64,000 nt of DNA from Dehalococcoidia bacterium (GTDB lineage Bacteria; Chloroflexota; Dehalococcoidia; GIF9; AB-539-J10). Under the pieces are notes generated by a model. The model had not been told where the DNA came from and did no database searches. It saw only the letters and a program-made list of their open reading frames with translations. Position numbers and translations under genes: made by a program. Location of the stretch: the NCBI GenBank assembly GCA_016930935.1, contig JAFGFT010000019.1:5664-69663 (forward strand), read 5' to 3'. This document shows, piece by piece, positions 59,507 through 64,000 of the stretch; position 1 is the stretch's first letter; the number at the start of each line of letters is the position of its first letter.

Positions 59507-61216
59507 CTATGCGGTCTTCGTCCCGGCAGCCTTCTGCAATCCGAGTTCCGCGATGGCAGTCTCCCGCATCTTGAACTTCTGTATCTTGCCCGTGACCGTC
59601 ATGGGAAACTCGCTGACGAACTTGACGTACTTCGGTATCTTGTAGTGGGCAATCTTACCCTTGCAGTACACCTTCAGCTCCTCTTCTGTGAGCGTCTCAC
59701 CTTCACGTACCTCAATCCACGCCTGAATCTCTTCACCGTACTTCTCATCAGGGACGCCAATGACCTGGACGTTCTTCACCTTCGGGTGACTGAAGAGGAA
59801 CTCCTCAATCTCCCGTGGATAGATGTTCTCGCCTCCCCTGATAATCATCTCCTTGGCTCTGCCCGTTATCTTGCAGTATCCCCGCTTGTCCATGGTGGCA
59901 AGATCACCGCTGTGCAGCCACCCCGCAACGTCGATGGTCTGAGCGGTCGCTTCGGGATTGTTGTGATAGCCACGCATGATGTTATAGCCGCGATAGCAAA
60001 TCTCACCATTCACTCCGCAGGGAACGATGGCGCCGGTTTCCGTATCGATAACCTTGACCTCAACGTGCGGACTGGGGAGGCCAACGGTGTTGGTGCGGTC
60101 CTCCAGCGCTGCGTCCACGGGCGTCTGGGTCGCAATCGGTGATGACTCGGTCTCGCCATAGCCGATGGTCATCTCGCTCGCGTGCATCTTCCCGCCGACC
60201 TTCTTCATAATTTCCACGGGACAAGGCGCCCCCGCCATGATGCCCGTGCGCAGCGAACTGAGGTCGAACGAATCAAACTCCGGATGTTCCAGTTCCGCAA
60301 TGAACATCGTCGGCACTCCGTGAAGCGCCGTGCACCTCTCCTGCTCCACCGCTTTCAGAGTCGCGAGGGCATCGAAGCTCTCCGCAGGCACTACCATCGT
60401 TGCTCCATGCGTGACGCACGCCAGGTTCGCAAGTACCATGCCGAAGCAGTGGTAGAAAGGCACGGGTATGCAAAGCCGGTCAGCGTGTGTCAGTTTCATG
60501 CCTTCCCCGGAGAAGAACCCGTTGTTGAGGATGTTGTGGTGCGTCAGCGACGCACCCTTCGGTTGGCCAGTTGTCCCCGACGTGTACTGGATGTTGATAA
60601 CGTCGTCGAAATCCAACGATGCTTGACGATTGTCAAGTTCCTCGTCACTCACGCCCTCACCGAGAGCAAGGAACTCCTTCCATCCATACATGCCGGGATT
60701 GCTGCCTTCTCCGATAAGAACCGCGCTGCGGAGTTGAGGCAGAACAGCCGACGCTATCGCCCCGGGAGAGGCTTCACGTGCTTCGGGGCACACCTCATAG
60801 AACATCGAGACGTAGTCCGAGGTCTTGAACCGCTCAATGAGCAGAAGCGCGCGTGCACCGGAGTTGTTGAGTGCGTGCTCAAGTTCGTGCGTCCGGTACG
60901 CGGGATTGATGTTCACCAGGACGGCCCCCATCATGGCACTGCCGAATTGCACGAGCACCCATTCGGGGTGATTGGTCGCCCATATCCCCACCCTGTCTCC
61001 CGCTCCAATTCCGAGCTTCATCAGGGATTTGGCCACTCTGCGGCAATCACCCCTGAACTGAGAGTAGGTCCAGCGGCGTCCGCCGGGAACGTCAACAAGT
61101 GCCTCATTTGCGGGAAACTTCTCAGCGATGTGGTCCAGGTAGTCCGGAATGGTGAGTCCTAGCAGCGGTTGGGCTGAGACGCCATGCGCGTAGCTCAGCA
61201 AAAGTGAGCGCGTCAT
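59507..61216 (-). CDS. AMP-binding acyl-CoA synthetase
   Basis: YTSGTTGQPKG, YGETE, SGDL, IIRGGENIYPREIE, TGKIQK. Confidence 0.93.
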   Translation of the reverse strand: MTRSLLLSYAHGVSAQPLLGLTIPDYLDHIAEKFPANEALVDVPGGRRWTYSQFRGDCRRVAKSLMKLGIGAGDRVGIWATNHPEWVLVQFGSAMMGAVLVNINPAYRTHELEHALNNSGARALLLIERFKTSDYVSMFYEVCPEAREASPGAIASAVLPQLRSAVLIGEGSNPGMYGWKEFLALGEGVSDEELDNRQASLDFDDVINIQYTSGTTGQPKGASLTHHNILNNGFFSGEGMKLTHADRLCIPVPFYHCFGMVLANLACVTHGATMVVPAESFDALATLKAVEQERCTALHGVPTMFIAELEHPEFDSFDLSSLRTGIMAGAPCPVEIMKKVGGKMHASEMTIGYGETESSPIATQTPVDAALEDRTNTVGLPSPHVEVKVIDTETGAIVPCGVNGEICYRGYNIMRGYHNNPEATAQTIDVAGWLHSGDLATMDKRGYCKITGRAKEMIIRGGENIYPREIEEFLFSHPKVKNVQVIGVPDEKYGEEIQAWIEVREGETLTEEELKVYCKGKIAHYKIPKYVKFVSEFPMTVTGKIQKFKMRETAIAELGLQKAAGTKTA

Positions 61217-61304
61217 CCCTATCCCTCCTTACAGAACGAGTTCACCACCTCGCAGCCCTGCAGATGCAGGGGAGCACAGAGCCGCGGATAGACCTTACCC
61301 TACG

Positions 61305-62546
61305 CTACATGTATTTGCTGAGAGCCTCGGGCACCAGTACAGTGCCTTCCGGTTGCTGGTAGTTCTCCAGCACGGCAATGAGTACTCTCGGTAGCGCCAA
61401 TCCCGAACCGTTCAGTGTATGGACGAATTGAGGTTTGGCCCCAGCCTCCGCGCGGAATCGCACGTTGGCCCGCCTCGCCTGGAAATCCTGGCAATTGCTG
61501 CATGAACTCACTTCGAGCCACTCGTTCGAGCCGGGTGCCCACACCTCAATGTCGAACGTCTTGCAGGACGCGAATCCGATATCTCCGGTACAGAGTTGTA
61601 CGACGCGGTAGGGAAGGTTCAGTTTCTGCAGTACCTCCTCTGCATCAGAGAGCAGCGAGTAGAGTTCTGCATCGGAGTTCTCGGGCAAAACGTATTTATA
61701 GAGTTCGACCTTATCGAACTGATGACCTCTCTTGATGCCGCGCGTATCTTTTCCTGCAGCCATCTTCTCGCGGCGAAAGCAGGGAGTGTATGCCGCGTAG
61801 TAGATAGGCAGTTGTGCCCCATCCAGAATCTCATCACGGTGCATGTTGGTCAAGGGAACCTCGGCCGTGGGAACGAACCAGAAGTCCTCTTCGGCATCGT
61901 GATAGAGATTGTCCGCAAACTTCGGCAGATTGCCGGAACCGACCATGCATTCCCTGCGCAGCATGAACGGCGGATATATCTCTGTGTACCCGTGGTCTTT
62001 CGTGTGCAGTTCGAGCATGAAGTTGATGAGCGCATGTTGCAGGCGGGCACCAAGCCCCTTGAGTACATAGAATCGGCTACCGGACAGCTTGACGCCTCTC
62101 ACGAAATCGATGATGTCCAGACGCTCGCCTATCTCCCAGTGGGGAGCGGGAGTGAAATCGAACTGTCTCGGAGTTCCCCATGTGCGAGCGATAACGTTGT
62201 CGTCAGCGTCCTTTCCCAGTGGTACGCTCTCATGCGGCATGTTGGGAAGCTCGAGAAGGAGCGAATCCAGTTCGTCCTTCGCTTCCTTCATTCTGCCCTG
62301 CAACTCGGCTATCTCTTCACCCAGTTCGCGCATCTCCGCCATGAGTTCGGGAGGGCGTTCCTTGCTCCGTCCGAATTCCTTACTGGCCTGGTTGTGCTTC
62401 GCACGAAGGCTCTCAATCTCCTGCAACAGCGCCAGGTGTTTCTCATCGGCCTTGATGACAGCGTCGAGGATGCCGGGCATGCCTCGCGACTCCATCGCCC
62501 GCTCAACACGTTGACGGTCTTCCCTGATTAGCCGTATATCAATCAT
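61305..62546 (-). CDS. serS: Serine--tRNA ligase
   Basis: [34 protein letters not shown]. Confidence 0.96.
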   Translation of the reverse strand: MIDIRLIREDRQRVERAMESRGMPGILDAVIKADEKHLALLQEIESLRAKHNQASKEFGRSKERPPELMAEMRELGEEIAELQGRMKEAKDELDSLLLELPNMPHESVPLGKDADDNVIARTWGTPRQFDFTPAPHWEIGERLDIIDFVRGVKLSGSRFYVLKGLGARLQHALINFMLELHTKDHGYTEIYPPFMLRRECMVGSGNLPKFADNLYHDAEEDFWFVPTAEVPLTNMHRDEILDGAQLPIYYAAYTPCFRREKMAAGKDTRGIKRGHQFDKVELYKYVLPENSDAELYSLLSDAEEVLQKLNLPYRVVQLCTGDIGFASCKTFDIEVWAPGSNEWLEVSSCSNCQDFQARRANVRFRAEAGAKPQFVHTLNGSGLALPRVLIAVLENYQQPEGTVLVPEALSKYM

Positions 62547-63999
62547 CGCGCTTCCCCTTTAGCTGAGGAAAAAGTATCACGTCGCGGATGGAATCCTGCC
62601 CCGTCAGCAGCATGACAAGCCGGTCGATGCCGATGCCGAGTCCCCCCGTTGGTGGCATACCATACTCCATCGCCTCAATAAAGTCTTCATCAGCAATCTC
62701 GACTTCTTCATCGCCAACCTGCTCCCGCAGTTGCTGCTCCAGGCGCTCGCGCTGGTCGACGGGGTCGTTCAATTCCGTGAAGGCATTCGCGAATTCCATT
62801 CCCGAAATGAATGCCTCGAACCGCTCCACCATCCGGTCATTGCCCCTCTTCCGCTTCGGAAACGGCGACATATCGATAGGATAGTCGAGCAGAAATGTCG
62901 GCTGCACGAGCTTCGGCTCCACGAAGGTTGAGATGAGGTCATCGATGAGCTTGGCCCGACGTGGCTCGCCCTCGACTCTCATTCCCTGTTGCAGCATCCT
63001 CTCATGAAGAAGCTCGGCTTCCTGAAACTCCTCGATGTCGATTCCGCACGCCTCTTTGATGGCATCCCTGAGATACAGTCGCTTCCACGGTGGTGCCAAT
63101 TCAATCTGCTGTCCGCGGAACTGGACGCAGCTGCTGCCAAGCACCTCCTGTGCAACCGTCGAGAAAAGGCGCTCAGTGAGGCTCATCATGTCTTCATAGT
63201 CGGCATACGCGCAGTAGCACTCCATGAGCGTGAACTCAGGGTTGTGCCGCACTGAGATGCCCTCGTTCCTGAACACTCTGCCAAGTTCGTACACCCTGTC
63301 GATGCCGCCAACTATGAGTTTCTTAAGAGAGAGTTCCAGCGCAATGCGAAGGAAAAGGTCTTCTCCCAGGGCATGGTGATGGGTGACAAACGGCTTCGCA
63401 AGCGCGCCGCCTGCTTTCGACTGGAGAACCGGGGTCTCTACCTCGACGTATCCCTGTCCATCCAGGAAGCGCCGGGTCGCACTCACTATCCTGCTGCGCA
63501 GCATGAACGTGCGGCGCACTTCTTCGTTCGAAATAAGGTCGAGATACCGCTGCCGGTACCTCGTCTCAACATCCACGAGGCCATGCCATTTCTCAGGCAG
63601 AGGCCGTATGGACTTGGCAAGAATCTGATACTTCGCCACATCGACGGTGACCTCTCCGGTCTTTGTGAGGAAGAGTTCTCCCTTCGCGCCGACGAAATCG
63701 CCTACACCGATATCGCGCAGGAGTGCGTATTCCTCATCTCCCAGAAGGTCTCTTCGAAGGCATACCTGCATCCTGCCTGAGGCATCCATGAGGTCAAGGA
63801 AGGCCATCTTCCCCATCTTTCGCCTGGCCATTACCCGGCCGGCAATTGAGACAACCTGCGTCCGCTCACCCTCCCGTTCGCACAATGCGCGGGCAGCGGC
63901 AGCGGTGTGGTCCGAATGATACGTGTGGGGATACGGGTCGATGTCACGCGCTCTCAGGTCCTGAATGGTCTTGAGACGTTCTTCCGTGACACGATCAAG
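62539..63999 (-). CDS. lysS: Lysine--tRNA ligase (class II), N-terminus runs off the window
   Basis: [42 protein letters not shown]; frame open to the edge. Confidence 0.96.
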   Translation of the reverse strand, partial: LDRVTEERLKTIQDLRARDIDPYPHTYHSDHTAAAARALCEREGERTQVVSIAGRVMARRKMGKMAFLDLMDASGRMQVCLRRDLLGDEEYALLRDIGVGDFVGAKGELFLTKTGEVTVDVAKYQILAKSIRPLPEKWHGLVDVETRYRQRYLDLISNEEVRRTFMLRSRIVSATRRFLDGQGYVEVETPVLQSKAGGALAKPFVTHHHALGEDLFLRIALELSLKKLIVGGIDRVYELGRVFRNEGISVRHNPEFTLMECYCAYADYEDMMSLTERLFSTVAQEVLGSSCVQFRGQQIELAPPWKRLYLRDAIKEACGIDIEEFQEAELLHERMLQQGMRVEGEPRRAKLIDDLISTFVEPKLVQPTFLLDYPIDMSPFPKRKRGNDRMVERFEAFISGMEFANAFTELNDPVDQRERLEQQLREQVGDEEVEIADEDFIEAMEYGMPPTGGLGIGIDRLVMLLTGQDSIRDVILFPQLKGKRDD

Positions 64000-64000
64000 G

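Noticed and set aside
61245-61310. serS ends abruptly at KYM-TAG; possible amber read-through
   Set aside because: Only a few non-conserved residues would be missing, and the downstream frame gives no convincing SerRS tail

Overview
Bacterial chromosomal segment of roughly 60% GC. Gene content and order suggest Chloroflexota, possibly Dehalococcoidia (inference, not searched). The first ~15 kb is an accessory surface-structure locus. It holds a large modular S8 protease and, converging on it, two minus-strand operons encoding seven paralogous proteins with SipW-class (TasA/CalY-type) signal peptides. Each operon is preceded by a c-di-GMP-II-like riboswitch with an overlapping terminator and by an atypical (Asp-less) response regulator gene, and ends in a longer paralog carrying a putative Cys-Gln thioester domain. 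A repeated, apparently structured RNA motif lies upstream of four of the subunit genes. The rest is mostly housekeeping and metabolism: folC, pyrF, dinB, an ilvBNC-leuACDB operon and two tandem ilvE paralogs (three leader-peptide attenuators, one Met-rich), rpsT, relA, a DUF5701-like gene with an internal TAG, msrAB, a lactonase-panB-RraA cluster, a thiolase cluster, pdxS, tmk, mnmA, rnhB, serS and a partial lysS. No rRNA, tRNA, CRISPR array or integrase/transposase was recognised.
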